64,000 bases of DNA, taken from contig OZ037768.1 of NCBI GenBank assembly GCA_964035545.1, positions 2,822,741-2,886,740 of the forward strand. Reading direction: 5' to 3'. Under the pieces are notes generated by a model. The model had not been told where the DNA came from and did not search any database. It was given only the letters and a program-made list of their open reading frames with translations. The position numbers and the translations under genes are program-made. The DNA is from Bugula neritina (Eukaryota > Animalia > Bryozoa). Shown here piece after piece: positions 1-14,260 of the stretch. How positions within the stretch are numbered: the stretch's first letter is position 1; each line of letters starts with the position of its first letter.

Positions 1-3000
1 TATTATAAACTAAAACTGATTGGCAAATAAGTAAAAGCACAATTTATCTGTTGTTATAGATATTAATGATGATCGAAGTGGTGGCTTCAAAGTGGGACTA
101 AATCAAATGCTCGAAACTTGAACTTTTGTGGTTTTAGCTCGGTCTGCTGGCAATAAACACTGTTTTACTATAGTTTTAAAACAATATTGCATCGGCTAGT
201 ACAAGTTTTTTAACTTGTGCAGGTCACCGGTCATGCTATGTTGAACAGTTAAATGGCGGTTCAATTTTAACCACCTGGAAAATCAAAATCAAAACGATAT
301 GAAAAGCCGGTTTGTTTTAGCAATCAGTTTTATCTCTCATTATTTATGTTGGAACATTATACTAACCTGCAAATGCTCCTGAAACCTAATAGGTAGCAGT
401 TGGCTCATTTTTAATGGTGTGGTGGGCTGCACTGAAGATCAGCAGCACAGAATATCAAATAAATGAGATTAGGAAGAAAAATTGAAGAGACAACTAATCG
501 CTAAAATGGCGTATACCGGAAGAATATGTTGGATGCTGTAAAACTGCGCAAAGATCTTTTTGGTGTTATCTTTTAACACCTGTGATATTTCAACTGTTTT
601 AAATTGTTTAGTTGTTTTTGAAACAAAATTCAAATTTAAAAACGTAATATGATGCAAATAAATAAATAAATGTAAATTAATGTCGTGATGCGTAGTAATA
701 ACTTATTGACCAATTTTTCTAATGTCAAGGACAGTCTTAGGGGCGTTACAAAGCTCATAAGGTAAATAAAGGTCATAAAACTAGGCATATAGCAAATCCA
801 TGGATAGTGAGTTGGAAAGCCCAGACTGTTGGCTGATAAGACTATCGTATTATAGCTATTGGCCAAATTTGCAGTTGCAAAACATTAGATAACACCAGAA
901 CATTGATATGATTTATATATAGGGACTAGCTGCCAATAAGCCCATACACTAAAAAGACAATGTACTTATACATACTTCAAGAAATTATAACCAAGTAAAA
1001 ATAACAGTGCACAGCCATTGAAAACTTTTATATGATGCCCTAAACCTCAACAATGATCAATGTTGCTCATAAATAAGCATTCCAATCACCATCAGTAACC
1101 ATATGAAAAATCTAGCAGTCAGAAAACGCACTACCTATTCAGCATCTCACAATGAAGACACATGAGACTTACAGATGAAGTAAAATAGTTACACTTACGG
1201 TTATGTAAAACCATATAGTAACAAGGAGAGATAACTCTGAAAAATTTACCAAGACTTTTATACACAATTTATTTATATTGGGAGATTACCCATAATAAGC
1301 TATGAACCTGGTATTCATAGAACCTAGCCTACAAAACTATGAATCACATTTAGTATGAATGGCAACACAATGTACATATAGTTGTAAACTCAAATTATGC
1401 AATGCACATAGTATATAGAAGGAATGCATTATTTTGTTAAAATTTCCACAATGCTTTCAACTCTAAAATTTCCTGCTTGCACTCATATGGCCTTGGAAGT
1501 TTTTAGACAAAACCTATTATTAAGAAAACAACTCCTTCTGCAAATGTTGAACTGTAACATAATTATGCTTATTATATATTCACACATTAGAATAATTTTT
1601 TTGAGCTTTCATGAGGAGATGAAAATATAGAATGAATATTGTGATGCAGACAACAAGTAGTACAATATTATGGCTAAAAATTATATCTATTGCAATAATT
1701 GCAAGGTATGTAATGTTATATGCAATTTCTATAATTATTTGTACAAGCAGCTATACACGGTTTAAACAATGCAGATCTACCAGTTTTTCTCAGTGTAGTG
1801 CTAGGTACATGCAGAGTTTTGAAAAAAAAATTGTTTTAAACTTAAGGAGTACCTAACTTATAAAAGCAATGAAAAAATATTGTAAAGCTTTTATGCGCAT
1901 CACATATAGCCTATATTGCATTTTAGTTCATCGTCATCTATAGAATGTGTAGTGGAATTTATAAAATAATTGGCATATACCAATATATATTCATTACTCT
2001 TATTAAAGTATTAAATTATTAAATATATGATAGGCACTATATGATGTACAAGGTGCACATATAAAAATGTACTACTCATGATAATTGAAAAAAAATTATA
2101 AAATGCACATATTATACATAGAAGCTTTTGAAAAAGTAGGTATTGATTTTTAGCAATTATTTTATAGGTTCTGTGAGATAAATTATTGTACAGCGCATAT
2201 AATATATGCTACTCACTATGATCAAAGTAAAACTTGGTAATTCCCAATATTATAGAGTACACACAAAAAAGTACATTGAAACTAAAGATGCATATATAGA
2301 TTAAATGACGTTGAAAAAAAATGTAAAGGAGCAAAAAGTGTCAATTTATACACAACCATACAGTTTAGTTCTATAGGGCTAATTTACTCTATGTTGTAGA
2401 TCAAAGCATGTGCAACAGCATTTAATACAGTTTGATGGTCCAGGAAATATTTGAATTGGTCCTTTAATCTTTTTTGTACAAACTCAAGTTTTATTTACTA
2501 TCACACGAGTCACCAAACAGTACCGTTCTAGGCAAACAGTTACTCTTCATTCTAGAAACATATGACTGAATCAACATGGTTGTTGTTTTGTGAAATCAGG
2601 GACATGGTCCCACCACTTTATTTGGAAGATAGTTTAGAGACAATAATTTATGTTCATAATAATATTGCCCCAAATATGAATGCGATATTTTTAAGTGATC
2701 CACAGTTCACATTTATATAGCAAGGTAGTCAGCATTGGGTTTCAGTTCATTGGTGGTCAGTACTGCAGCACAGACTTACTTAGTTCTTTATTTTTCCACA
2801 CCCTTTTATGGAGTCTGTCAAATGCCCCTGTTGTTGAGATATAAAAAGGAGTTATCTTTTCGTTTCAAACTCACGGCAAAGCTGTTCGAAAACTTTTGTG
2901 GCACCAAGAAGCTCTAACTTCAATTTGCCATCAACAACGTAATCACTTTATACGAGAGCTCAGGTGTTTAAAGCTTCAGTGTTGTAATTAGAACAAACTA

Positions 3001-3139
3001 TATTAATATTTCATTAAAATACTTGTAGATTAACATTCAACATAAACATATTCTTATAGTTATAGTTATACTTATAATTTATAAATATAATATTTTTGTT
3101 GCTGTTGTTATCATTATTAAAGTTCCATGAGCCTAAGCA

Positions 3140-3346
3140 AAGCCATTAACTGCAAGTTCAAGTTCAACTTCAATTATTATAATTCTAATACTTTACTAAT
3201 ACTAATACTAATAGTAATACTAATACTAATACTAATACTAATAGTATTACTATTACCAATAGTAATTTATATATATATTTAATTATTATTTGTAATAGTT
3301 AAATTAGAATTATAATCGTTGAACTTAAACTTGCAGTTGATGGCTT
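3140..3346. repeat. Foldback element: ~29-bp plus 14-bp inverted arms around an (ACTAAT)n microsatellite
   Basis: aagccattaactgcaagttcaagttcaac (3140) versus gttgaacttaaacttgcagttgatggctt (ends 3346), 2 mismatches. Inner arms attataattctaat/attagaattataat. Followed by low-complexity ATT/ATC repeats to ~3830. Confidence 0.7.
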
Positions 3347-3957
3347 ATTGATATTTATATTTATATTGGTGTTGATAATCACTATCAGTAAATCACCATC
3401 ACTATAAGTATAACTATAAGTATAAGTATGACATTCACAATCAATGTGACATTGAGTTTGACTTTGAGTTTAACTATCAGTCTATCACTGTATAGGTATC
3501 AGACTGGGACTGACAGTGAATATCACTATGACTATGATATTGATAGTCACTCTGATTCTTCTTTTCAGACTGAAAATGAGAATATTCATAATGATAATGA
3601 TATTCAAAGTGAATTAAGTTTCATATTGATATTCATTGTCATTATGATTATTTCATATTCATATTGATATGCTTAAGTTATAGTCATGGTGCTATTCATA
3701 TTGATATTGATATCATCAGGAGTTTCCCATTGCCATACCCATTGGCCATTAGTATTATGATAATGGTTGTGATTATCATTATGATTATCATGATTATTAT
3801 AATAATTATAATTATTTTAATACTTATTAATATAGGATCTCACCCCCCCCCCCCCACAGAGTGTAGGTAGACATTACTCTATTTGTAAAAAACAATTAAG
3901 TAATTTCAAACCATCTCGGTGTTTACAAAGTGTGACTGTTTGATTTATACAGGATCC

Positions 3958-6900
3958 ATGGAGGTGGCAGCTAACCTTCAGGTTGGTTGTCGAGTTCAAG
4001 CCACCACCAAAGAAGATGTTAAAATCGGACGAGTTGCATTTATTGGTATAACCAGCTTTGCACCAGGTAAGTATTGAGTATTAATATGAATGGTGGCATG
4101 GGGTAAATTTTAATGTTGGCCTATATTATGTATCTTTTAATTTTAATGTGCTATTTATTTTTTGAATAATCTTCATTTTTTTTAAGATATTGTACATCAT
4201 GCAGTAAAATAACACAATTAATTTCACTTACAAATCTACTTGTGAGAAGTGAATTTAACAAGTCATCACAATTCTATTTCATAGTAAAATACCACACAGA
4301 GTAAATGATGTTGCATATGCAATAACTATGTATTTTGTGACTGTCATGCAAAGCTGTTGTGTAGTCCCTAACCGTCCCTAATAGTGATTGAGACTTTCTG
4401 CGTGACAAAACCTGATTATATTTCAGGTAAATGGGTGGGAGTGGTTCTTGATGATGATAGTGGAAAGAATAATGGAGAAGTTCAAGGAAAAAAGTACTTC
4501 TCATGTCCAGATAACCACGGCATATTTGTTCGTCCCAATCAGGTGGGCATTTGCAGAATAATAGACTATTTTATGAAGTTTATGCACTTTTAATACACCG
4601 CAGACTGTATTAAAATCAAACACACATGATATCAGTAGTTTCAGGTTAGTCGTTTGGAATCAATGTATAAAGTATAAATTTACTATTTAGGATGTTAAAC
4701 TAGTAGTTTTATTGAATGTGTAGGTGACAGTTCTTGAAGAACTGGAAACATCAGCTGCTAATGTTGAGGGTGGTGAGCCAGCCGCCCTCAAACCTAGACC
4801 TAGTGGCCTAAGGAAACCGTCTGGCCTCACTACTCCTTCCTCCAGCATCAGACCTCCCGGTTCTGGTCTCAGGATGCCCAGTGCTACTGGTGGAAAGGTT
4901 TGTATAGCTTGAACTCCTATTTCAGATTTTCTCATTAGCTGCCTTAAAACCTGTTTTCAAATGTTGGATGATCAGTTTTCATGACACAGTAAAGGGTTAG
5001 TTTCAGAGCGTAATGTTGAACATTTAGGGGAGTGGTTCTAACCTGACTGCGGCAGCCGGCAGTAAGGGCAGCTCCTCTAACCTCTCCTCCTCGGGCAGTA
5101 AAGGCAGCAGTCCAAACCTAGCTGCTGCCGGGGAGTCCAGACAGAAACCTCGTCAGAGTATTGGAGGCCCTTCAAAGCTGAAGTGTAAGTTGCTATACAG
5201 TATATACAACAGTGTGAGTGGTACAGAGGCTACACAGTGTGAGTGGTACAGAGGCTATACAGTGTGAGTGGTACATAGGCTATACATTGTGAGTGGTACA
5301 GAGGCTACACAGTGTGTGTGGTACAGAGGCTACACAACAGTGTGAGTGGTACAGAGGCTATACAGTGTGAGTGGTACAGAGGCTACACAGCGTGAGTGGT
5401 ACAGAGGCTACACAACAGTGTGAGTGGTACAGAGGCTATACAGTGTGAGTGGTACAGAGGCTACACAGTGTGAGTGTTACAGAGGCTACACAGTGTGAGT
5501 GGTACAGAGGCTATACAGTGTGTGTGGTACAGAGGCTACACAGTGTGTGTGGTACAGAGGCTACACAACAGTGTGAGTGGTACAGAGGCTATACAGTGTG
5601 AGTGGTACATAGGCTACACAGTGTATACAACAGTGCCTGTAACGTAGTAAGAGTGAGTAAGAGGTTGAGACGTGGTATTCTTTACTTGCAGTGTCTACAT
5701 CAGCTGACAAGAGAGTGGATAGTCCCTCACTTCAGTCTGTAGTGAATGAGCCTGTGGTTGAGTTGTCAACCCCACCCATCCTACCTTCCCTACCAGCTGT
5801 AGGTCTACTGGTTACGCATCTCTATTTAGTATCTCAATATTAGCAACTTACATGTTGTTGCTCCAAAAATCATTGAACTTCACTGAATTCCTTAATATTT
5901 TGCTATTCAAGCTGCCGAGTTATGTGTATCATTCAGAGTCCTAGAGTAGGTCTTTGTCATTACTAAGTGTTATGAAATGGTTTACAAACAGGCAATTGGC
6001 AACCCGGATGATTTGGAGAAGATCAGAGGACTGGAGGTGCAGGTCGTTGACCTTACTGAGAAGCTGGAGACTATCAAAGCCAAACGACTTGAGGATAGAA
6101 ATAAACTAAAAGATGCTGAAAAGATAAAGATTATGTATGATCAGGTACATTGTCTTGGAAAGGGAAGGGGTATCAGCAGTCCTAAACCTCTCTTTTGCTG
6201 TTTTATTTGTTGTCTATTGTCTTTTGATATGGAATTTAGTCTCGGCAATAAATTGCCGGTTTTTTTGGATCTAATTTTCGATAGACCTGCAGCTCCTCAA
6301 GTTTGTATATAAATCCTCTTGAATCTGCACCAATTGCAAGATATGTGTTTCAGCTGAAAGAGTACAAGAGTAAGGCACAGGAGATACACAAAGACTTACA
6401 GCAACAGTTGCTGGCTGCTAAGAAAGAGTCTAAAGACATACAAGAGCAGTATGATAGCTACAAAGATGAGATGAGCGAGATGCAGGAAACTATAGAGTTG
6501 TCTACCCTTGACAAGGAAATGGCTGAGGAGAGGGTGAGTGTCTTTACATTAGGCAGTATATAGCCACGTATGTTATACCTCATCATTATCCTGGTCACTA
6601 GATTCTCTTACTGCCAAAACTATTTGCAACTTTAATCTAAAAATGCTCACAACGCCAATTGTTTTGTTTATATTTACTTTTAAAATTTATTAAAAAATTT
6701 TTCTAAAAATATCTTACTAAATCTAATAGTTTTATTCTATAAAACTCAATCTGGTTTCTTGTTTGATATTTTTCATATTCAGTAAATAGTAATGTTGGCC
6801 TCTTCTATATAACTGCTGCCGCTGCTCTTTTTCACGTTGTTGAATGTCCGAGATTTGTTTGCCAGGCCGAGTCCCTCCAGGAGGAGCTGGACAGTCTAAA

Positions 6901-9900
6901 AGAGAAGCACGAGGAGTTGTCCACTTCTATGCAGCTCTTGCAGACAGAACTAGAGTCTGGTGCTGGGGGCAGTGCTCAAGGTGTGTCAAGTTATCAAGTC
7001 AAGCAACTTGAGCAACAGAATGAGAAACTCAAGGAGGCGCTAGTCAAGTGAGTGGGAAAATAATCTTTGAAAAAATTGTTTTAGTTTTATGTAAAACAAT
7101 AGTATATTTTAAGTAGCAGAAATTGGCTTTTGATTATTTTTTGTTTATTACATAACTTTAATATTTTCTGCAATTTGGTTGCTGTTGCCTTTTTATTGAC
7201 CAGAACAAAATTTGTTAGAGTTGCTCCCTCCTTTTTAACACGTTAATACAAGTTTTTTATTTTATTGATCAACGACAGCCTGTCATTCTATACTACGAGT
7301 TAACTTTAGTTAGACTGTGGCCCACTGATATTGTTTCTTACTTAGGATGAGGGACATGTCCAACAGTGACAAATCTGAAATCACAAGCTTGAAGAAGCAG
7401 AGCGACAAGTCTGCCCAGGAGTTGTCTCATCTTAAGAAGGACAGAGAGTCTCGTATTGAAGAGATAGAAATACTCAACTCTGAAATCCTGGATCTGAAGG
7501 ACCAGGTGAGACTTGGTTTATTTGCTGCTGAGTCAGTGTTGAAACTTGAACAGTTTAGGGAAGAACTTATGTATCTGCCCCTTATCACATGTATAAAGCT
7601 TGTGAATTCAAACTGAGGGCGGTAATTATTTAGTGGAGCTATGGAGGAATTTTACTAGCTTTTTATTTTATTTATGAATTTTCGTTGGTGTTTCTGGTCA
7701 AAATGCTCGTGAGAACATGGTTTCTTTTGCTACATTTTTTCTTCCAAAGTGTGATGTAATATCCTGCAGTCCCCCACTCTATGATGTAATATCCTGCAGT
7801 ACCTCACTCTGTGATGTAATACCCTGCAGTACCTCACTCTGTGATGTAATATCCTGCAGTACCTCACTCTGTGATGTAATATCCTGCAGGTTGACGCTTC
7901 TCTCGGCGCAGAGGAGATGGTGGAGAAGCTGACAGACAAGAACTTGGAGCTGGAGGAGAGGGTTGGAGTCCTGGAGGAGGAGAAAGCTGACTTGGAGGCA
8001 ATCAATGAGATGAATGAAGAGCTGCAGGAAAACGCCAGGGAAGTGGAACTCGACATGAGAGAACAGCTGGACATGTCCAAGTCAAGAGCCAATCAAGTGA
8101 GCTCTTAGTTTAGCTTCAACCAATCAAAGGATTGATTACATTAGAATAAGATTATTTTGAAGGATTACCAGACAACATAGTGCTATTAATGCGGTTGTCA
8201 CACTTCGCTAACTCCACTGTAATTATATTCCTGCTTATACACAAACTATAATCCTACAGTTTTATTCGTAAAACTTAGTGAAGCTACTTTTACTAGTGAA
8301 TTTAATTTACCCAACTTTAGAGTTTCCATTTTTCTTTATTAGCCAATAAAATATCTGCTTGCTTTTAGCTATTTCTATAAAAAATATCACTATTCATTGT
8401 ACAAACAATTTTTATTTGTTACAGTGTAATCTATATTTATTTCCTTGGTGTAATACTTTTTACATTTCGCTGTGATACTGTTACAGTGATAGTATGACTG
8501 TTTTAGTATCACTCTAGTACATTGTGTTGTAGCTGGAGCAGAGTATACAAGCCTCACAGCTGCAGATGGCAGACCTACAGGCTACTATTGGTAAATACAG
8601 AGAGCTGGTGCAGAACCTCCAGTACGAGAACGCCTCTCTTGCACAGAAGTCTAGTGACGGCAGTGTTACCGCCCCAACCATGCCTCCTGTTGATAATATA
8701 GAAATGAAGGCTAGACTTTCCGAGTCCAAAATTCAGTCTAAGGTTTGTGCTGCCCACTGCATGCTGGTCGCTGACTTTCTATTTATAACTGGCAGCATCA
8801 GCTGGATATCATGTTACACTTCGCTATGTTATGCACCGTTTTATAGACATTAGTATTTGAAAGATGCTGTAAAATAGTTTCAATTTATTTTAATTTAAGA
8901 GTTTAGTAAGAAAAAAAAATTAAACTCAAGTCTCTCCTTTCAGGTGATAGAGATGGAGCTCCTGCAACTGGATATTACTCACATCAAAGCTCAGCTCAAT
9001 CTTACCGGAAAGTTCTTGCCCGAGTCATTCTTCCAGCATGGTCAAGACGGGGACGGGGTGCAGGTTATGCTGCTATTTTCCAACCTGGTGCAGAAACTTA
9101 GTCTACTCGGCGCTCAGTTAAAGAGCAAAGTAAGTCGTGTAACTCATTATCACTCATTGATGGACTTACAAGGTTTTTACTTTTTGTTGTTGAATCAACA
9201 ACCTGGAGATATTTTTACCATAAATCTGACTTCAAATACGATATAAGATTATTTGTCACCCTGTTACATTATATAATAGACTAAACCTATTTGTTAGATG
9301 TTATTAGTAAATGTTTTGTTTATGTTCACAGTTTCCATGGATACCTAGTCTAAGTAAAGAGGATGTGGTGAAATCACAGAAGTCTGAGCAAGCTAGTTAT
9401 GGTGCCTACCTGCAGTGCTATATATCCCAGCTAGTCATGCAGTTCAATAAACTCTCTGAAGTCCTTAATGATGGCGACGTTGAGACATACAAGGTAGCTA
9501 CAGAATATGCCGGAAAATGTGTTCACACGACGCCATTATAGCAACTTTCTATTACTTGTTCTCTGCATAGAGTCTGATTGCAAACCTTTCTATGAGAAAA
9601 TTCAACTTGAGAATATGTAGCTTTTTTGTCACATTTGTTTACCTTCTGTCATGTGATCATCTCTCACCAACTGGTATACTAATTCTATTGTCATGTTTTG
9701 CAAGGTGTTTGCTGGTTTAGTGACAGAGTTTAAAGCATATGCAAAGCCGATCTCCCAGTATTTGGACCTCCTGCAGAAGGACCAGCTCTATGAGTCAGTG
9801 TCTGTTGAATCGTTGGCTAAATCGCTTCGTTACTTTCAGGTAACATTAACTAAATGACTTCGCTATTGTTAGGTAACATCAGCCATGTCCACTTGGCTAC

Positions 9901-12900
9901 TTTTAATGCTGTAATTTTGCTGTTGGCACTTGAGTTTATTCTACCTGCGCTGTGAGATAATTTAGTTTGTCTGAAAATACAAAATAGTCTAGAAATTTCT
10001 TGTCTTAGTCATGTGATACTTTTTACTCAATACTAATTTTATTTAAAAACAAAAGCTGATTGAAAGGGGAAGGCTGAATTAGCCAATCTCAGTGTAGAAT
10101 GTTGATGTTGCTAAAGTATTATTAAAGCCAATAGTCACCTTTTGTTATTTAAAACTTGCTGAGTCCAATACATGTTAAACATGTGTATAATCTAACCAAC
10201 ATGTGTATAATAATAAGTCTCTTTTCTCAGGACTACTGTGACAAGCAGCTGGAGACGTACCCATTCGAATCAACCAATCTGTTGAGAAATCAGGCTAAAG
10301 TTCTCATATCATTTGCTGAGTCACTCAACCTTGACCTCAAAAGACTGGAGATTATCCTTCAGGTGCGGACAACTCACGCATGACCTAACTATGTGGAATC
10401 TTTTATTCTCTCTCTCAGTGACTGTCTTGTATTCATCAACGTCAGTGTTTAGTGTTAATTCTGCTCCTTAAAAATTGTTCAGTTTTGACATGAATCTCTG
10501 ATTAAATTGTATTGGATTAGTTGTATGCAGGTTATGCTTAACTGTGTATACAACTTTCATCAGCTCAACCTTGGACAAAGTTCTTAAAGCTTCTATAAAT
10601 ACTCACACACCTTTAGTTCCTTCGCTGTAGGCGGGAGATAGTAAGGAGGTGACAACCCTCAACAAGATGGCTGAAAGTGTAGCAGAGCTCTTACTAACTA
10701 GTAAAAGGGTACGTGGAGTGTTAGTATAGCATGTAGAGAGTAGCTACTTGACTCAATTGCTTTCGGGAGATGGTATGCACATATTCAGTGGCTTTTTGAA
10801 AAGACAATATGTTATGTCTTGTTTAAAATTAGGATGATTGGTAATGTTACCATGAATATATATAACTCATAAATAGATTGATAATTTTGAAAACTTGACT
10901 ATATTTAGAGCTTTGAGCTTAGTTTCTCACCTGCCACAGGCACATGACTAATGTTCAGTGTTTTGGTATTACGATGAATCTATGTCACATTTCTCCAGAG
11001 TTTCTAATGTGAATACATTTCTGTTTTTAGCTGAAACATTGTCTTCCAAATCCAGCTTCTGGTACTCAAGTGACTGTCAGCACGGAGTTGGGGCAGCGTA
11101 TGGCAGCGTCTATCAAGTCTGTGTGCAGTGCCATGCAAGTGATACACAATGCTGCCACTCAGGCTGACCGGGCTTTAAACCTTCAACCTGGTTTGTATTT
11201 GGCGGGATATTAAGTTACATTGCATATGCCTGCTATCTCATAATCATATAGCTACTCTCTATACAGCCAGTTACTATAGTTAGCTAATGTCGTCTGCATG
11301 ACGTGTTACAGAAGTTGAGTCACTGCCCAGTCACCAGATACACCAGTATATACTGACAGCCAGTGAAGTGCTGGAAGATGATTCTACTGACCTCTACGAC
11401 TCTCTCCTAGCCTCAGTGTCCACACCCTTAGACAGAGTGAAAGTACTCGTTAGTCAGCTGGAAGGCGGGTCCTTAGACGCCCCACCCTCCAAAAAAGAAA
11501 AGGTATTGAGTTGTTTAACAATTAAAATTATCCAACGTTCAACACTCAATCTGTATTCAAAGTATTATATAACCAATGCATCAGCTATTGATGGGCAAGC
11601 CATAGGTACTGGGAAGTTGTCTCCTTTTCATATAAAAAAAACATTCCGGAATGTTCATTGCAGAAGGAGAGTGTAATAGAGCTGAGAGCTGAAGTTTTCC
11701 GAAGAGAAGGAGCAGACGGAGGCAGTACAAAGTCTAAACTAATTGCTAAGGAAGAGATGGTGAATCAACTGAAGTTTGAGTTGAGAAAGAAGGTGTGTTC
11801 TACATTACTATGTCACGTGTTCTACATTACTCGGTCATGTGTTGTACATTACTAGGTCACGTGTTGTACATTACTATGTCATATGTTCTACTATGTCACG
11901 TGTTCTACTTTACTATGTCACATATTCTACATTACTATGTCACGTGTTCTACTATGTCACATGTTCTACATTACTATGTCACATGTTCTACATTACTATG
12001 TCACGTGTTCTACTTTACTATGTCACGTGTTCTACTTTACTATGTCACATGTTCTACATTACTATGTCACATGCTCTACATTACTATGTCACATGTTGTA
12101 CTTTACTATGTCACATGTTGTACTATGTACTGGTATAGCCTGGTTGTAACATGCACTACTTTACAAAGCTGGTTACAAGATGATGAGCGATAAATTGCCT
12201 CATCTAATCTAAAGGCCAATGTAATCAGTTGTGCATATAGCTATTCCGTTCTTAAAGAACCAATCAGTTAACTTGTTACTTTCAGCAAGAGGAAGTGGAT
12301 GAGTTCAAGGTGAGAGCCAGCATGGCCGACAAGAAGATAGCCTCAGCCTCTAAGGAGAGAGAGGAACAAGTTCTCAAGCTACAGCGTAAACTGGAGGAAA
12401 GTCAAATCCAGCTGGCCAAGAAAGAAAAGTGAGATTTTCTAGTAACACCCAACTTTTTTGAAATTTCATAATTCTATGAGTGTTTCCTCTCTGTCGAGGT
12501 CTATTAAAGTTTAGTTTCACATTTGCAAATATGTTGATTGTGTCACTCGACACTAATTTTGATATCATATCAATACTATTTATTCTCACAAGCACTTCTT
12601 TCTAACAAACCAAGATACTCTTTTTGTGATCAAGTTCTAGAACATTCTAACCTGCATTCTAACATGTTGTGTTTCACCAGAGAGTTTGAGCAGACCATGG
12701 ACGCTCTGCAGGGTGATATTGATAGTCTGGAGGTAGAGAAGGCTGCAGCTCAGACTAAACTCAGCAATCTCTCCAAGAAGCAGATGTACGACAGCCTGGC
12801 TAAGAATTCTGCCGGCGGCATCGGTTCCGCTGTCGGTAAGGATGATATATACTCGGTATTATGGGTATTAAATTGAATTAAATCTGTAGTTGAGAAGTAG

Positions 12901-14260
12901 CGGAGTGAGTTGGTCATATATCCCTGTGTTGGTCACCTAATGGTGTTTGGTTTATTGGTAGCCCAAGGAATGGTTGCTAGTGGACTGGACTCTCCTTATC
13001 TCTTAGAGCAGATCAAGTCTCTAAAGTCAACTGTTGGCTGGCTGAAAGAAGAGAATCAGATGTTTAGAAGTAAAGAGATGAAGGTAAGACATCATTGTTA
13101 TAGTGTGTAGAGTAGACTTTGTATATGCAGCAATGTGTAACTAGATAGAAAATACCTTTATATATAATCATGTGATATTTCCCACTGCAGTTTGTGCACT
13201 TAAAGTGAATATGATTGGTCAGAGAGTGGATTTTTGTCTGTTTTATAAACAACTAGATATTTTACTTTAACCGTTATTAAATAATTGGTTTCTGCTAGGA
13301 GAAGTTGCTGCAGCTGAAACCTTTGACTCCAGTGGTTGGAGATGGACTGAGGTTGCCCTATATTGATAATGAAAAGAACAAGCAAGCTAGTCTAATGAGA
13401 CAGCAACAGACTGAACTAAAGGCTAGTTTGAACAGACTGCATCAGGTGAGGTCTCAGTGATACCCTCTATATCCGTGTTCATGTAGCTGGTGCTGAGGCT
13501 AGGTCATGTGACATGACATTGTTTTGTCGTTGCAGAACACTTGCAAAGTTGTTGGAAACAGGAAGGTGACCAATGTCAAGGTCTCAGCCAACAGCATTCT
13601 GGGATCAGAAGAGTTTAAAGTAACGGATCAGCTGCATACACTGTCCCGGGAGTTGGACAAGCTGAAGCAGCAGACGACAGCTTTCCTGGCTTCAAGCTCT
13701 TCCAGAGGGGTTCACACCCCCCTCCACTCCTTTCCTAAACCCCACTCTCAGCAGGTAAGTCACACTCTACTCCTTTTCTAAACCCCACTCTCAGCAGGCG
13801 AGTCTGTCATCATATCCTCTCTAGTGACAGTTATTTGCTATAACACAAGTAATAGTTGAATTACCTATAGTTCACTTATGTTACTGTAGCTTTGCATTAT
13901 ATTTTAACCAGAGCTTGTTTTAGGTTCATAAGAATTGAATATTTTAGTGAGACTGTAATGTTAGCTCAGGCAGTATAAGCTTTTTCAATTCTGAGAGTCA
14001 ATAGTTTGCTTTTACATGTAATGATTACTATTCAACATGTAATATAATGCATTGTACATATAACATGTAGTATTTAACTGGTTGCAATATTGTAATCAAA
14101 TTTTCACTTCGATTCCTGATACGTAACCCCTTTCACTCTGTAGGTGTCACAGTCAAGATATATTGGGAGAATCAGAGTTCCTACACCAGGAAAGTCTGAG
14201 AAAGTCAAGTTGTATGTAAATGATAGTCAGCTGAGGAACCTCCTACTACTCGTTAACTGA
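3958..14260 (+). CDS. DCTN1: Dynactin subunit 1 (p150Glued), multi-exon (~20+ exons)
   Basis: Exons 3958-4066 and 4427-4542 splice (GT-AG) to give the CAP-Gly domain ...[48 protein letters not shown]. Ser/Pro/basic exons follow (4724-4897, 5028-5184, 5692-5798). CC1 motifs [70 protein letters not shown] and CC2 motif [17 protein letters not shown] are present. Last exon 14144-14260 ends in TGA, with AATAAA at 14440. Confidence 0.96.
5209..5632. repeat. 25/28-bp minisatellite in DCTN1 intron (~16 units)
   Basis: Unit tacacagtgtgagtggtacagaggc, with a caa-insertion variant. Confidence 0.95.
7750..7889. repeat. 30-bp minisatellite ending in a DCTN1 splice acceptor
   Basis: tgtgatgtaatatcctgcagtacctcactc, ~4.7 copies; the last cctgcag is the acceptor for exon [10 protein letters not shown] (7890). 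Confidence 0.9.
11794..12125. repeat. ~22-bp minisatellite starting at a DCTN1 splice donor
   Basis: gtgttctacattactatgtcac repeated ~15 times; explains the three overlapping spurious ORFs. Confidence 0.92.

Noticed and set aside
469-3870. Short ORFs upstream of DCTN1
   Set aside because: AT-rich or low-complexity, with no recognisable domains or exon structure.
4460-4476. CAP-Gly motif GKNNG rather than GKNDG as a functional anomaly
   Set aside because: This position is known to vary among invertebrate p150 proteins.
11795-12193. Three overlapping Cys/His/Tyr-rich ORFs
   Set aside because: Translation of an intronic 22-bp minisatellite.
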